64,000 nt of DNA from the human T2T-CHM13v2.0 reference genome, Homo sapiens (GCF_009914755.1 NC_060925.1); one strand, 5' to 3'. Shown: positions 16,640 through 31,849, counted from the stretch's first letter. Numbers and translations are program-made. Notes: generated by a model from the letters alone, not told the origin.

Positions 16640-17880
16640 ACAGAGAAGATCAAATTTCAAGAAGCATGAAGGAACTGGTTAAGTGACTTCTAGTTGTTTT
16701 GCCTTGTTGTATTAGGTCCTAGAATTCTGAGGCAACCAGCAAAGGAAATAGAAAAATAAAACCTTGATTTCAGTTTTCTTTTAACAGTCATGAAAGAACT
16801 ACAGCATGAAGAATGGGAATGAACAAATGTGGTTTTGATTTTCAAAAGGGGTCACAGGGAGATTTTGCAGGTGATAGACCGATAAGCCAACCAAATTTGA
16901 GCTTGGTTTCAATCTCAGGAAAATTTCTGAATGTATTATTTAAAGGACAGTTGGTGTAATCTCTAAGAAACACTGTGTATTCACTGAAAACAGCTCACGT
17001 TAGGCTTTTCTTAATGCTGTCTTTCATTGAACTCTAGAATAGAGAAATGCTGCATATGGTGTGTTTCTCACTACATGCTTACAGAAATGCTGGAGAGATG
17101 TGAGTTGGATCTTTGTAATTAGATGAATGTGTAACTATTTGACAGAGTATACCAAAATTATCTATAAATGGATTATTTTGAGCCTATGAGAAATGTGGAA
17201 AAATTCTTCCACTAGTTTTAAGCTCTTCAAATTTATCAATGACCTCTGAATAGATGTTTGATACTTATTGAATTTGTATTAGGTAAGTAGTAGGAATATA
17301 AGTGTGAAACAATATAAAACTATAGGCAAGATCTACTACTAAAGATGAAGTCTGTTGCAAATAAGTATGTTTTATTTTTCTCCAAATAAATCACACAACT
17401 ATTAAATTGAAAAAATATGACTTAGAAGCTCATCTAAAACTTATTTAGAAAATGTCAGTAACTTTAATGTGAATCAACATATGGTCACCATGAAAACTAG
17501 CTCTGCTGGTTGTTGCAATAGTAAGATTATCATGTCCAGAATTAGGGAAATAGTAGTCATTCTTTACTTAACTTCAGTTAAATTGTCCATGAAGCATTGT
17601 GGTGCCAAGTATTAACACTCAAAAAGATAAATTGGTGCACAAGAAGAGAGAAATGACCAGGATGGTGGAGCCATGCCATAGGATGATGGCTGAAGACACA
17701 TGAAAAGAGAAGACTTAGAGGACATGTGAGAGTTGTTTTCAAACATTTGAAGAGCTATTTTATGGTGAATGTAAAATTAGGTCCAAAAGAATGACGTTAT
17801 AAGATAGGAGGTTTCAGCTCAACATGATACAGGATTTTACAGAGCTCCTCAGAACTGGAGAAGCAAGTATTTAAGAATAG
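16640..17880 (+). mobile_element. CR1/L3 LINE relic, RT domain and C-terminus
   Basis: PRILRQPA (16718); EWE*TNVVLIFKRG (16811-16852); DRPIS; LSLVSISGKFL; LFKFINDL (17223-17246); EKRRLRGHVRVVFKHLKS (17702-17755). Confidence 0.85.
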
Positions 17881-19176
17881 GGCAATTACTCAGCTGCGAA
17901 TGCTACTGACAGATGAATAGTTTGCCTAGCTTACCTTTTCAAAACTGAGATTGCAACTTAATAAACTTTTCAGTTTTGCCACTACACAAGTGCATTGAAA
18001 AGCATTCCTTAAGCCTGCTGCCTTCATCTGATAAAAAGGCAAGCTGCATGTATAGCAAATGTGACTGGTCACATTGGGTAGGAAACTCTTAGTAAACTGT
18101 TCAAAACCTGTCCCTGGAACCAGCCCAGTCTGCCCAGGTCTCTGGGTGACAAGATAAACTTTAGCTTTTTGTTGCTGATTCTGTAAACACAGTCATTTGA
18201 AAAGGTGACCAGTAGAAGCCAAGCCTTGCAAATATGGTAAGCATAACAAGTATGACGTTTGGAAAAATAACTCAATATAATAAATTTTTATTCTGAAATA
18301 CTTGGATTAACTGCAGCCTGAAACAATCTTAGTTTCTGTTTATAAATTTTGTTACCACAGCTTTAGCATTTAATCTGTTTAATCCTTTCATTAAACTTAG
18401 TTTTTGAACCAAAAAACCACCTGCTTTGGTGCCCTCCGTTTTAAAAACTGCATCCATAATGACTGAGGAAGGTCATGGCTTCTTCATATTGGCCTCCTAA
18501 GAGCACTCAATGGGGAAGGCTGGATGGAACATGGCACATCTTTCTTGGTTATTCCCCATTTGCAGGCAGCATTGTGTGTGGGGGGGAAGTGGGGACAGAA
18601 GATGACAATATCACTGTGTATGGGAAGGAAAAACAAGAGCAAACTGGGCATTTTCTTCCCGTTTTTGTGCTGGATGGAATGGATAGGAGTCATTACAAGT
18701 TGAGGGCTAAGGATAACTTGTGATTATTGAATGAAACAATGTCGATAATATAAAATGTAATTGCTTGGCACACAGTAAACATTCAGAAAATAATGATTAT
18801 TATTGGAATTATGATTGTCACTATCTATTCTGGTGGTATGGGATCACAGCCCCGTCGGATGACTTAGGTGCTTGGGGGAAAAATCTGTATTCAGATAAGA
18901 CAAAATGGCTAGACTAGAGCTCCAGCTTGACTAATTTTCTAAAAAGTTGGGGGCAGTTGTCCTGTTGGGATTCATTAATTCCCATTAGTTCTCCACCCTA
19001 ATTCTTACAGTCTCTACCCTTTACTAGCTCATGGTCTAGGGAGTAGACAGGCTAACTGTATACACTTATGATATATGTGTGATCCCCCTAAGCTCAATTA
19101 CTTAACAACCCTTTCTTTGCTATTTGCATTTTTCATGCTGTGATATTCACCTTGACAATGTAAATAGAGAAAGAGG

Positions 19177-19386
19177 TGTTAGGGGTTAGTTATGTTTCAC
19201 TAAAAGATATATTGAAGTCTTAACCTCTGGTAGCTGAATGTGACCTTATTTGGAAATAGGGTCTTCACAGATATAATCAGGTGAAGATGAGGTCATACTG
19301 GATTAGGGTGGGTCCTAATCCAATCTTATTGGTATCCTCATAGGAAGAAAAAATTTGGACATAGATAGTCACAGAGATGACACGTG
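19177..19386 (+). mobile_element. MLT1A/B-type LTR, 5' half only
   Basis: gaatgtgaccttatttggaaatagggtctt...gaggtcatactggattagggtggg. Confidence 0.85.
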
Positions 19387-19387
19387 T

Positions 19388-19580
19388 GTGCCTTTTTAGT
19401 GTGAAGACTCATGTCTTCCTTCAAAGCTCAAAAATGTTAAAACAAGATTTTTCGAATTAATGCCTTTCTGCCATTCACCATATTATCTTCTGAAACTTCC
19501 ATTGGATGTATGTTGAAGCCACTCAATCTAACTTTCATTTATCTTAAATGGATTTTTTATATTCTTAAACTTATTTTTTC
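19388..19580 (-). mobile_element. Old L1M ORF1-region fragment, inverted copy of 23895-24083
   Basis: Reverse complement aligns to 23895-24083, including a 28-nt exact match. Confidence 0.75.
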
Positions 19581-19649
19581 TTTTTATAAATGATAAATTT
19601 CAAAGTAGGCTGATATGCAGACTTTTCTTAATGATAAAAAACAAAGAAA

Positions 19650-19860
19650 TATAATAAAATTTACTGTGGACTTGTTATGAGTTTGGCACTATACAAATGC
19701 TTCATTTAACCATGGAATCTGGTGTGTAGATAATGTATAAACTGTGCTTTAAAAATAATGGAACTGAGGATTTGAGAGGTTAAATAATTGGTCCAGCGTC
19801 TTAGGGACCATAAATGGTGAAACCAGAATTTGAGCCGAGGCCAGACTCCACAGTTCTTGA
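19650..19860 (-). mobile_element. MIR
   Basis: aactgaggatttgagaggttaaataattggtcc...agaatttgagcc. Confidence 0.7.
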
Positions 19861-20123
19861 TGGCACCCACTCGGCTGTATTGCCTCTTTGTGGATCACAA
19901 AGATTATGTGAGTTGTGCACTAAAAGTTTTTCTTTTTTTTAAAGTTAGCATTACAAAAGCTTTTAAATTAAATGAAATAATTCACCCTTCAGAAGTTTTC
20001 CTTAGGAGTAAGTCGTGGTTCTCAAGTCATTTTAATTCTCTATTCACTTTCTAATAAAGTTATATTCAAAGATTCTTCTCCTAAGTACAAACATGCACAC
20101 CCACGTGCATGCAAATACCCATA

Positions 20124-20463
20124 CAGTTGTCCCTCAGTATCTGTCAGGGATTGGTTCCAGGACATCCTGTGGGTATAAAAATCCAAGGTTGCTCAAGTTC
20201 CTGATATAAAATGGTATAGTATTTGCATATAACCTATGCATATCCGCTTGTATACTTTAAATCATCTCTAGATTACTTATAATACCTAACACAATGTAAA
20301 TGCTATGTAAATAGTCATTATACTTTATTGTTTAGAGAATAATTACAGGAAAAAATCTGTATATGTTCAGTACAGACACAACATTTTCTTTTTTTGAGTA
20401 TTTTTAATTCACCAATGGTTGAATCTGCAGATGTGGAATCCGCTGATATGGAGGGCTGACCCG
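20124..20463. mobile_element. MER2 (TcMar-Tigger MITE)
   Basis: ta|cagttgtccctcagtatc...gatatggagggctgac terminal inverted repeats and typical internal sequence. Confidence 0.9.
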
Positions 20464-20976
20464 ATATCCCAAACGAATTTTAAAACATTTTTATGGCCTC
20501 ATTATCTTTTTCAAATATATATTTACCCATTGTAAAAAAAAAGCCAGTTACATTAAAAAGTGCTTTTATGTGAAAATACGTAATCAAAAAATATTCCTGT
20601 GCCTTTCCATGGTCTTAATGATTGCTGTTGTCAACATAATCTAATGATTAGAAACTGGTCTCTATGAAAGTCAGGAGAAATATTTTTTTTGAAAAATAGT
20701 TGTTTTTCTATGTGCAAATAGATATGGTCTTCATGTGTGTGTTTGTCAAAATTTAAGAAGGGTTAGGAAAATTTTTTTGGAGTGTCCCTTTGGAGAGTGA
20801 AGACCTGCCCATCTCACTTTATGGTTTTCAACTGAAATCTAACTGCAAGTAAAACCACTTTATTTCTTGCATTTTTAGTTTCTGGTTTTCTGTAGTGAAC
20901 TTCTCTGTGGTTTTTTTTTTTTATCAGAAACTTGCCTAATTTATCAGGGATATCTATTATCTATTTTTTTATGTGA

Positions 20977-21305
<329 letters not shown>

Positions 21306-22389
21306 TGCACAGTGTTTTTGATAGTATAATTTTACCCATTTTTTTTCCTTTAATCTATATTTTCATCTTAGATCCCATCTAAGGAATAGTAGTTTTGGCC
21401 ATTTTCAGGTAAGGGAAAAATCTAAACTTTTTACGTAAACTTATTTTGTAGTCTCATAGTTCTACAGCTTTATGGCAGATTCATAGAGTAGTATGTTTGA
21501 AAGGCACAACAGCTGATTATTCACTCTATCCTTCTGAGCAGTGATTCCCAAGTGTGGAAAAATAATACCAAATTCTGTGGTGAGATACATGTATAGGTTG
21601 AAAAAATACATTCGGTATTATCAAATAAGTTTGTAACTGAAAATGAAAAGGAAACCTGTTATTTTAATAACAAAAATAACAAGTAAAATTCAGCAGCATC
21701 TTGGTTGGTATGGATACAGAGAAGCTACAGTCATTCTCCACTGGGATACTCTTTCTCAAGAGGGACAATGTCACAACCTCTGGAGCTGGGGGCAAAAATG
21801 GTTAGCTCTGCTCTAGGGGAAGTTCAAGGTATTCCTTCTCTGCCTTCACTTCAAAGCCACTCCAACCCCTCAAGAAGGAGAAGCTCTGGCCTAATCAAGG
21901 AGAAAATGCTGTCATCAGGGTCACAAAATGGATTTTTAATACAAGGAAGTACAATACAGTGGAGTGAACATTCTTTCTTTTTCATGCTTTACTCTGTTGC
22001 CCTTCTTCTTTTCTATGTTCCTGGTGCTTAGGGAGCCTACATATTCCTCCTGCTTGGGATGATCAGAGTGAAGCCTTAGGAAAAAGAATATTCTCTCTTT
22101 TTCATTCTTTTGCTGACATCAGAATAGAAAGATCCTGACACTAAAGAACCATCAGTAGATGGCTAAAGGTACAGGGTTTGTGGACAAGGCTGCTAAAGGC
22201 CTGTGTTTAGTCTAGACCTTATTATGCTAAATGGGCCGGAGAGGTCCTTGAAGCTTACAAAACACAGCTTAGCTCACTAGAGAAAAGGAGCCGATAGAAA
22301 TTTGGAGTTGAAACCTTAGCTAAAATAGACATACATTTACCTAGAATATCCTTGAGCAATTTGTAAAATAGAAGAAATGCAAGATTTAT

Positions 22390-22585
22390 TCAGTCCTGAA
22401 GTTGAGTTACAATTCAGCCAGGGTACAATTGGGACATTAAACAATTACCTAAACTTAGTTTCTTCATTTACACAATGAACATAAAAATGAACATCTTCAG
22501 GATTGTTGACAGAATTCAATGAGAAAATGAGTGTGATAGCTCTTAGCACATGTGCTCCATAATGGGTACCCAACAAATTGTTGCA
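22390..22585 (+). mobile_element. MIR
   Basis: cttagtttcttcatttacacaatg...aggattgttgacagaattcaatgag. Confidence 0.6.
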
Positions 22586-23096
22586 TTATTACTATATTTC
22601 ATGTTAGTTCCTAGTGAAGTTCTCTCTTGGAGTCAAGAGAAAATGGGACTTTCAGGCAGTAAGTGGAAAAAAAGATTTTAAAAATCAGTATAGAGGTAAC
22701 ATATAGTGAATACCTATATAGAAACAAAGAAATAGGAGACCTCAATTCAAAAAGTGTACCTTAGTGAGCCTTTCTTTTAGAGTAACTCTTCTGGGTCGCA
22801 TTCCATGGTTGATGGAGGAAATATTAGGAAAACAACATTAGAGTAAAATTAGGAAATTTTGCTAACATGTCTGGTTTGATATAAATCATCTCATGATCTT
22901 AAGAATAAGCATAAAGTGACATCAAGGGACACTTCTGTTGTTCTCAAAGAAGTAGAGAAGCTGTATATATTAATGTGATAATATAAATAGACACTATAAA
23001 CAAAAAGATATTTGGTAATGTTAAGGTCCTGAAGAGTGTTAGAAGACATCATTGTAATAGTTGGCACACTTTTCAATGGAGTGGCTCTTTGGATGT

Positions 23097-23590
23097 TGTA
23101 GGAGAAATTACTAGATGCCTACCAAAAGCTGTTCCACCTCTAGTAGCAAGACATAGAATTGCACAGCTACCCTGTGTTTTCCAGCTTCCTTTCCAGTTTG
23201 TGGTTGGGTATGGTCCTATGACCATGTTCTCTCCAGTGGGATATGAGAAGTGGTAAGATGTGATACTTCCAGACTTGGCCTGTAAAACCTTTCATGTGGC
23301 AACTCTGTGGGCTTTTTCCATGGGATTCCATGGGATGGTGACATCCAGAATGACTATGGAAGATTTATGTTGAAAATGTCAGTGCATCTGGCAGCATAGG
23401 TCCCAGATTAACGGGGTGGAGAGGACTTATCACCCTGATCCCTGCCAACCTGCCCATTCTGGATTTGAATGAGAAAACAAACAAGAAGCAAAAACAAACT
23501 CCCATTGTGTTTGAATCATTATTCAAATGGATTTATTTGAATCCAATCATTCTGGATTTATTTGTTTGTACTTTGCACTTTGACCTACTT
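23097..23590 (+). mobile_element. ERVL LTR (LTR16C-like)
   Basis: acttccagacttggcctgtaaaacc...ggaagatttatgttgaaaatg...ggatttatttgtt. Confidence 0.6.
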
Positions 23591-24715
23591 TAGACTTTTG
23601 GTTAAGATGGTGTTTTAAGTTCATTCTTTGAAGTTTGACATTTGCTTCAAATATATAACAAAGATAGAGGAAATATGATTAATGTGTTAAAAGACACCTT
23701 GAAACAAAACAGGCAGTAATGAAAAGGAAGGATATATAAATATGAAAAGGAAACAATTAGAAATCTTGAAAATAAAACATGTAATTATTGAATAAAGACT
23801 CAATAGAAAGGATAATGTCTACATTGGCTTAGTTAATAAACAAATGGATTGGGATACAAAAGTAAGGAATTCAACTAGAATGATGAATTGAAGCGAAACA
23901 ATGAGTTAAAAAATATAAAACAGTTTAAGGTAAATGAAAGTTAGATTGAGTGGCTTCAGCATGCACCCAATAGGAGATTCAGAAGATAATCGAGTGAATT
24001 CTGGAAAAGCATTAATTAGAAAACAATGAAGAAGAATTTTTGAGATTTGAAGAAAGATACTAATCTTTACACTGAAATGGCACTCTGAGTACCAAACTGG
24101 ATAATAGGAACAAATTCACACTTGGAGACATTATGATGAAACTGCAGAACATCAAGTACACAGAGAAAACTGTCAGAACTATCAAAGAGAAAGGACACTT
24201 AGAAAAGAGCAACAAGTAAATCACTGGAAGATTTCTCCTCCGGAACAACAGATTTCTAGATGACAATAGAGTAATAGCTCTAAAGAACTGAGAAAAAATA
24301 GCTGCCAACCTGGATTTTGTACTGACTTAGCTATCCTTGAGGATGAAGACAATATAGGAATGTGTATTACCCACACACAGTCATGAAAAAACTATTTACA
24401 CCTTAACAAGTAGAAAAGTGAACCCAGAGAAAGAATATAGGTTACCAGAATCAATAGCGATAACAAAATTTTCTTAAAAATAGAGAATAAATGCAATTAA
24501 TTAATGACTGAAAATAATTTTATCTGTTAAAAGCAATGTGAAAAAGGCTCTATAAAACAATTATATGATGAGAGAGGGATATAATGGGTAGTCATATCAT
24601 GTAAAGTTCTTGTTTAAATGACAAACAGATACTTAACTGGTCTAATTTTTCAAAGAAAATTTATAATGAAGTATTAATAACTTAGCTGCTGAAACTCAGT
24701 AGTTCAGTACGTATT

Positions 24716-24803
24716 TCTTTCCCTCTTTTCCCTTCCCTTCCCTTCCCTCTTTCCTTCCTTCCTTCTCCCCTCCCCTCCCCTCCCCTGCCCTCCTCTCCTT
24801 TCC
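24716..24803. repeat. (CCTT)/(CCCCT) simple repeat
   Basis: Directly visible. Confidence 0.9.
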
Positions 24804-24946
24804 TCTGCTTTATTTCCCCACATCCACTGACTAAAATAACAGTGTTCAATGTGGCAAGGAGTACTCTTAAAAGCATCTTTTATACATGTAATTTTAAACA
24901 TTTCATTACATGCAATACAGTGGCAACTAAGTTTATTTCCTGATGA

Positions 24947-25653
24947 TGAACCTGCCTTTGCAAAATTATGACAGTAGAAGAAATCTGCCATAGTTGACTC
25001 CATCTTGCTTCTAACCTCCAAGCTGCCTTTGGTCATTCCTGGGCATAGGCCAAGCTCACTTTGGGAGAAATTTAGTTTATAGTTTAACCTTAAAACAAGG
25101 ATGATAATAGCCTTGTCCAAAACTAAACTACCTTTGTAAAACTAATGAAAGTTCACAAAGTTAGGATTATGAGAGGGGCCTGAATTATGCTAAGATGTAG
25201 GTGTAGTTTCTATAATTACTTACTACTTAGGAGTTATGTGGCCAGAGGTCACAAGATTTGTGACTTTTCCAATTGCTCCTATAGAAAACATCACTATTGC
25301 AGAACCAAAGATTGGTCTTTTGAAATGTTTTTCAGGCTCACTCCACCCAGTCCTGTGACTCATGACTCACCCCCAATCAAGAGATGGACTCAGCTCATGA
25401 GGACCATTTTCCATACCCCTATGACTGCCTCCGCAACCAACCAGCAACACCCATCACCTAGTCACCTGCCCACCATACTATCCTTGAAAATCTCTAATCT
25501 TCAAGCCTTCAGGGAGACTGATTTGAGTAATAACTCTATCTTCTGTGTGTCTGGCCTCGTGTTAATTAAACTCTTTCTTTACCGTAATGCCATGGTCTCA
25601 GTGAACTGGCTTTGTCTGTGCAGCCACCAGAAATAACCCACTGGGCAATTACA
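24947..25653 (+). mobile_element. ERV1 solo LTR (LTR8/LTR8A-like)
   Basis: tgaacctgcctttgcaaaattatga...gggcaattaca; attaaa poly(A) signal; flanks atga/ataa. Confidence 0.88.
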
Positions 25654-26010
25654 ATAACCTATATTTCAACTGGTGGGTGAGCTAGGTAGTGGTGGTGGTG
25701 TCTCTGTTACATGCTATTATTCAGTCACTCAGGCTGATAAATGCTCTATCCTCAGCATAGGGCTTCCATTGTCCCTTAGGACACTGACATACAGCTGGCT
25801 AGGGGTGGAAGTAGAGGGAATGGAGGTTTTAATGGGCCAGGCTTGGGAGTGGCATTCCTCACTTCTGCACATATTCCATTGGCTTGACTATAGCTCAGTC
25901 ATGCAGCCATATCTATCCAACTTCAGGGGAGGCTGGGGAGTAAAGTTCAGCTTTGTTCCCAGGAGAGAAGGAGAATGGGTTTTATGAGCAGTTAGCCAGT
26001 CTCTGTCACA
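25654..26010 (-). mobile_element. Old MaLR LTR (MLT1K/L-like); remainder probably left of the LTR8
   Basis: cacttctgcacatattccattggc...gggaggctgggg...gccagtctctgtcaca. Confidence 0.7.
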
Positions 26011-26498
26011 AGTCTGTATTTTCATAATTAAAAGTAACACCCAAAGAGTAAAGTTGCTATCTATAATTTCCGAATTTGCAGAACAAAAGGGACCCTAGAA
26101 ATCTTCAGCCATCCAAAAGAAGGCAAAAAAAAGAGTATCAAGGAAAGAGGATGGCAAACAGAAAATGTAAAAGAAGATGGTAGAAATCACTTCAAGTTGG
26201 TAATCACAATATATGTAAATATATTAAACACATCCATTAAAAGGCTATGTGATTAGATTAAAACAATGTAGTTCTATGTGATGCTTATGAGACATACGTA
26301 TAAAGCAAACCCAGACATAAAGTTGGAAAATTAGAGGCATAGAAAATGACATATTGGTCCAATATTAACAAAAAGAAAGCTTGGGTAGCAAGTATTGGTA
26401 TTATATAAAAAAAGACGCAATTATTTATAAGAATAAAGAAGAATCTGTTAAATTTACTTTTACTGTCCTATTGAAAGAATCATAATACTCTAAAACTA

Positions 26499-26890
26499 CA
26501 GCCATGCATTGTGTAATGATGAGGTTACTTCCTGAGAAATGTAATGTTAGGCAATTTTGTCATTGTGTGAACAACATAGAATATACTTATGCAAATCCAG
26601 ATGGTATAGCCTACTACACATGTAGGCTATGTGGTATAGCCTATTGCTCCTAGGCTACTAACCTGCACAGCATGCAACTGTACTGAACACTGTAGAAAAC
26701 TGTATGTAACACAGTGATATTTGTGCATCTAAACATAGAAAAGGTACAGTAAAAATACAGTACAAAAAAATAAAAACTAGTATACTTGTAGAGAGCAGTT
26801 ACCATAAATGGAGCTTGCAGGGCCAGAAGTGGTCTGGGTAAGTTAGTGAGTGAGTGGTGATTGAATGTGAAGGCCTAGGACATATTCCCA
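26499..26890. mobile_element. Tigger3-family DNA transposon fragment
   Basis: ta|cagccatgc...gatggtatagcctactacac...gtgaaggcctaggacat. Confidence 0.88.
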
Positions 26891-28037
26891 TACTTTGGTC
26901 AATAAACATTATTACCTATAAAAGGTATAATCTAAACAGAAGCCAAGAACACATTAAATGCAGGTCCCTTGTCTAACCTTCTTCTCACATGTCTAATTTA
27001 TTCTCTGACTTTGGTTAGAATGAAGTGACCCCAATTAAAAAAATTTTAAATATCACCCAGAATAAATATTTGCTTTGGTCATAATCACAAACTTAATTGA
27101 TAGAATTCATGTTTGTGTTTAGAAAAAGTCAATGGAAAAGTTTTGGAAAAAAAGCCACTTTCCTATTTCTCCTCCAGGGGTCTGTTGCTCATCTGGGGGC
27201 AACATAAAACTATGTTTAAATATGCATATTATTGATTTTACTAAGTAGTTCACTTACAAGCTCTGATTGAGCACTTATGATATGCCAAGCACTGTTAAGA
27301 ACTGGGCTACAAAGACTATGAGGCCTGACTCATTCTTTTCAGGCACGAGCATACCAATACAGGAAACAGAAAAGTACAAGTTGCAGGAGGTGTATGTAGG
27401 AAATGCCATGAGAAGAAGCCCGTGGTACTATGTGACTGGGGACAGAGAGGCAAGTGTTTCTACAGGCAGAAGCCAAACCAGCTGCTGAGTAAATTTACCA
27501 GGTTTGCTTGATTCTTGTCATTAATTTTCAAATGAATAACTAATAAAGGAAGCTAAGTGGTCCATGCACAAATGTCTAGGGAGTTGTTCATACAAATTTC
27601 TTTGATTAGCTGGATTAAATCAGGTCAGTTTAAACATCCTCTGAAGAAACACCTCTGTTGGTAAGACTTTTCAGAAGGCTTCAGCTACAAATGGAAAACA
27701 GGCATCCTGGGAATAAACTGACTAGTACATGTGAGCATCTCTTCAGTTACTTAGCTTAGTCATTGTTTCTAATGTTTTGTGGTCTCAAAGAACCATGTGA
27801 ATCAACAAACCGCATATAACCAAGAACAGAAGGTTCTGGCTGAAGGATATTTTGTTTTTTTTTTTTCTTTCACAATATTAAAACAAAAGATTGAAGGACA
27901 GAACCTTAAAGATCAGAGATAGATAGATAGTGAGATAGACAGAATTTCTAGAGGCTAAAAGTTCCTTCCTCCTTCAACATTTACCTACTTTCAGAAGTGC
28001 TTTCCTAACATGAAATGTGCTCATTTTGCTAGAGGGC

Positions 28038-28586
28038 TGTTCTGGTTATTTATCACTATGTAATAAACCACACCAAAACTTAGTGGCTTAAAATAACATT
28101 GTTCATTCTGCCTACAAAACTGCAATTTGAACAAGGCTTTGTGTAGGATGACTGCTGTCTTTTTCACATGATTTCAGCTGGGGCGCTTTGACTGTGGTTG
28201 GTGGATCCACTTCTGAGATGGCTTGTTCAATGGCTAACAAGTTGGTGCTGATGGTTGGCTGGTAGCTCAGCTGGAAAACAAGGCTGGAGGCCTTGAGCTT
28301 CTCCATCAGGATGCTTGGACCTCTCCACTACAATGCTTGGGTTTTCTCAAAACATGGTAGCTGGGTTCCAAGAGCAAGTATTCCAAGATCCAGAAAAAGA
28401 AACCATGCCAGTCTATTAAGGCCTAGGCTTAGAAACTGCCACAGCATTACTTCCATAATCTATCAGCCAAAGCAGACACAGAGCCTACCTGCATTCAAAG
28501 CAGACACAGAGCCCACCTGCATTCAATAGACCTCACCTCTATGGGAGGAATGTGAAAGACTTTGTGGACATTTTTAATCTGCCACA
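28038..28586 (-). mobile_element. MLT1G/H-type LTR with an internal 28-bp tandem duplication (28468-28523)
   Basis: aaaccacaccaaaacttagtggcttaaaa...tttaatctgccaca. Confidence 0.78.
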
Positions 28587-28796
28587 AAGGCCAAAGCTCA
28601 AGCCCATTTCTGTCATGAGTAAGCACAATGAGAGTATTGGGACCAAATATAGAGGAAGGGGAGTATCACACTAAGAAATAGAGGAGGTAGATGGATAAAT
28701 CCAGAGACAGTAGCCTACAGCTTCCATAAATGATTTTACTGCAGTTTGATTAGTTCTACCCTTCCCAAAGAGTGCTAATGCTTTCGTAGTTGTAGG

Positions 28797-29532
<736 letters not shown>

Positions 29533-31849
29533 CATGGATACAGAGTCAGATGTAAAGGATGGTAAATTTTCCTGTCAGGTCAATTTTAGCGGACTCATTA
29601 TTCTAGTAGTTGCCTCCTTTTTTTTTGTTTCCCTTTCTGTGCTTTTTTCTTGGGATAACTCTAGAATCCAATTTTGTTTCCTCCAATTTGCTACTCTAAT
29701 TTTGTCCCCTTAGATTTATTGCTCTGTGCTCATTTCTTAAACTGACTATTGTATTTTCTCAATTCATTTAGTCCAAATAATGAACTGTATCCTTTCTCCC
29801 TTTCATCTTATCTCCTCATACCCACTTCTCTGTAATTTAAATAGATTACAGATGTGATGAAAATTTTTGCCTACCTAATTTGATTCTCAAAGAACATATT
29901 GAGAAAACACATGGTTGATTTCAAATGCTTTATTATAGGGCAAAACCAAATGGAAATACCTTATCACCTTGAGTCCAAAGCAGTTCTTGTTAAAATCATT
30001 TATTTTATCAGGCAACGTGATACCACTGTGAGAATTAGATGCATTAAACATAATTTTAGCTGTTTATTTGCATCTTAGAATATTTTGTCAGTTTTAAATT
30101 GATGAAGATGTTAAGGAGCATCAAGGTTAATTGATGGTTAATTGCATGTGGATAGAGGTCTTAAATTAGTCTTAACATAAAATCAGACTAATTGATCATC
30201 AATTATTCTAGATATTAAGGAAACCTTTAAAACACTGAATAATTATCTTGAGGTTTTTCATTGACAATATGTATATTTTTGGATACTTATTTTGGTCTTA
30301 ATTTACCAAAAAGGTTTTATGATTCATTTCCAAAGAAGAAAAAATAGTTTTCCTTCTGTCTCTATTTTCCTCATTTTTCCCCTTAAATAACAAGTTACAC
30401 AAAAGAAAAAAGATAACAAGATAACAAGGTTGTTTCACATCATTATTTGCTGAAGACCAGGTCTGAGAAGTACATGTTCCTATCTTCTTGTTACCTATGT
30501 ACAAGATGAAAATCCTTAGATTAGAGTCTCCTAATAGATTTAAGATCCCTATTAGTTAAAAACACACGTTATTTTTCTCTGGATAGCTTATACACTGGCA
30601 GCACATGAAGATACAGTTGATTGGCTGAACAGGAGAACAACATTCTGTGGCTAAATCTATTCCACACACCAAAAATTGGATCTGGGCCTGAATGCTAATT
30701 AGGGATTTAGCACTGAGCACTTGTTGTACAGGAACTTACTGTAATAGGCAAAGTTCACCATTCTCTCTAGCTAAATAAACCTATGTTAGAATATAGAAAA
30801 AATGCATTTCTTAAACCATATATCTTTCCAAATATCATGAATGGAATAAGACTTTAAAAAATATCTAGAAGTTGTGACTGGAGTGAGAGGATCATTCATT
30901 TATTCACCCACTTAGCAAAGTTATATATCTATTTGAGTTAGTTTTGGGGTCTCTGATGGAGACCGATAAATAGTACCTTCTTTCTTGACCAGATTCTGAA
31001 CAAATATGTTCAACAAATCATCAAATATTTATTAACTGCGTATTATATGGCAGGCACTATTTTAGAAGCTGGGATATAATCATTGAGCAAAACTGACATA
31101 AATTCCTGGTTATGTGGTATTTAAATTCTATTAAGAATAGGTATAATACAAAGAATGACCTTTATCAATAACAAAGGTTAGTTGGAAGAAGTAGGTCAGT
31201 TGAGACTCAGATTGTCTTTAAATTAAATCTCCGGATTTGTCACACTTTCCCATCTATTTCCCAGTAATACTGGGCTAAGACAGGCCTCCTCACGTTGGGG
31301 CAGATCTGTGCCAACAACTAGCTCCTGAGAGGAAGAAAATGCAGAGAATGCCCAATTATTACCAAATCCATCAGTTGGATAAGCTCTTCCATATCCCCTG
31401 GGGAGAAATGAGTAAAGGGGAGAAAAGTAGAAAAAGTTTCATGGAGTGTTAGAGGTGTAGGGTAACCATGTTCCCTTCTACATAGAATTATTGGGGATTT
31501 TGTCCTTCATTGCTCTTGACGGACCATGGGAACTCCAAGGCCAGGTAAAAAGCAAGGGTCAGCAAGCTTCCACTCTGTGGAATCACAGATAATAGCAACA
31601 TTCAACACAACATACCTTGTTTCAGGTGAGATCAAATCTACAGTGTTTGCTAAGAGGCTATGATGGGTATCATGATAAGGTATTATGCTGGGCATCAAAG
31701 GGGAACACAAACATCACAGAGACACACTGTAGCCCTTTAGGAGCTTTTATCTAATAGGGAACACAGACAGATGTTTACCAATGACAAAGATATATAGAGT
31801 GTGGTAAAAGTGTCTCTGGGAAGTATTTCGGCAATAGGAATTGTGAGAG

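Larger units (their letters stand above)
23600..26490 (+). mobile_element. Ancient L1M (L1ME-age) 5' region, ORF1 to start of ORF2, interrupted by LTRs and a CT repeat
   Basis: ORF1-like aataggagattcagaag and gacattatgatgaaactgcagaac; endonuclease N-terminus-like gtaatcacaatatatgtaaat...aaaaagaaagcttgggtagc at 26200-26400. Confidence 0.65.

Noticed and set aside
16638-16650. 13-nt match to U6 snRNA (atacagagaagat)
   Set aside because: No flanking U6 similarity or TSD; consistent with chance at the edge of the L3 relic.
25187-25636. 149-aa ATG-initiated ORF
   Set aside because: Entirely inside an LTR8-like solo LTR, with no gag, pol or env similarity.
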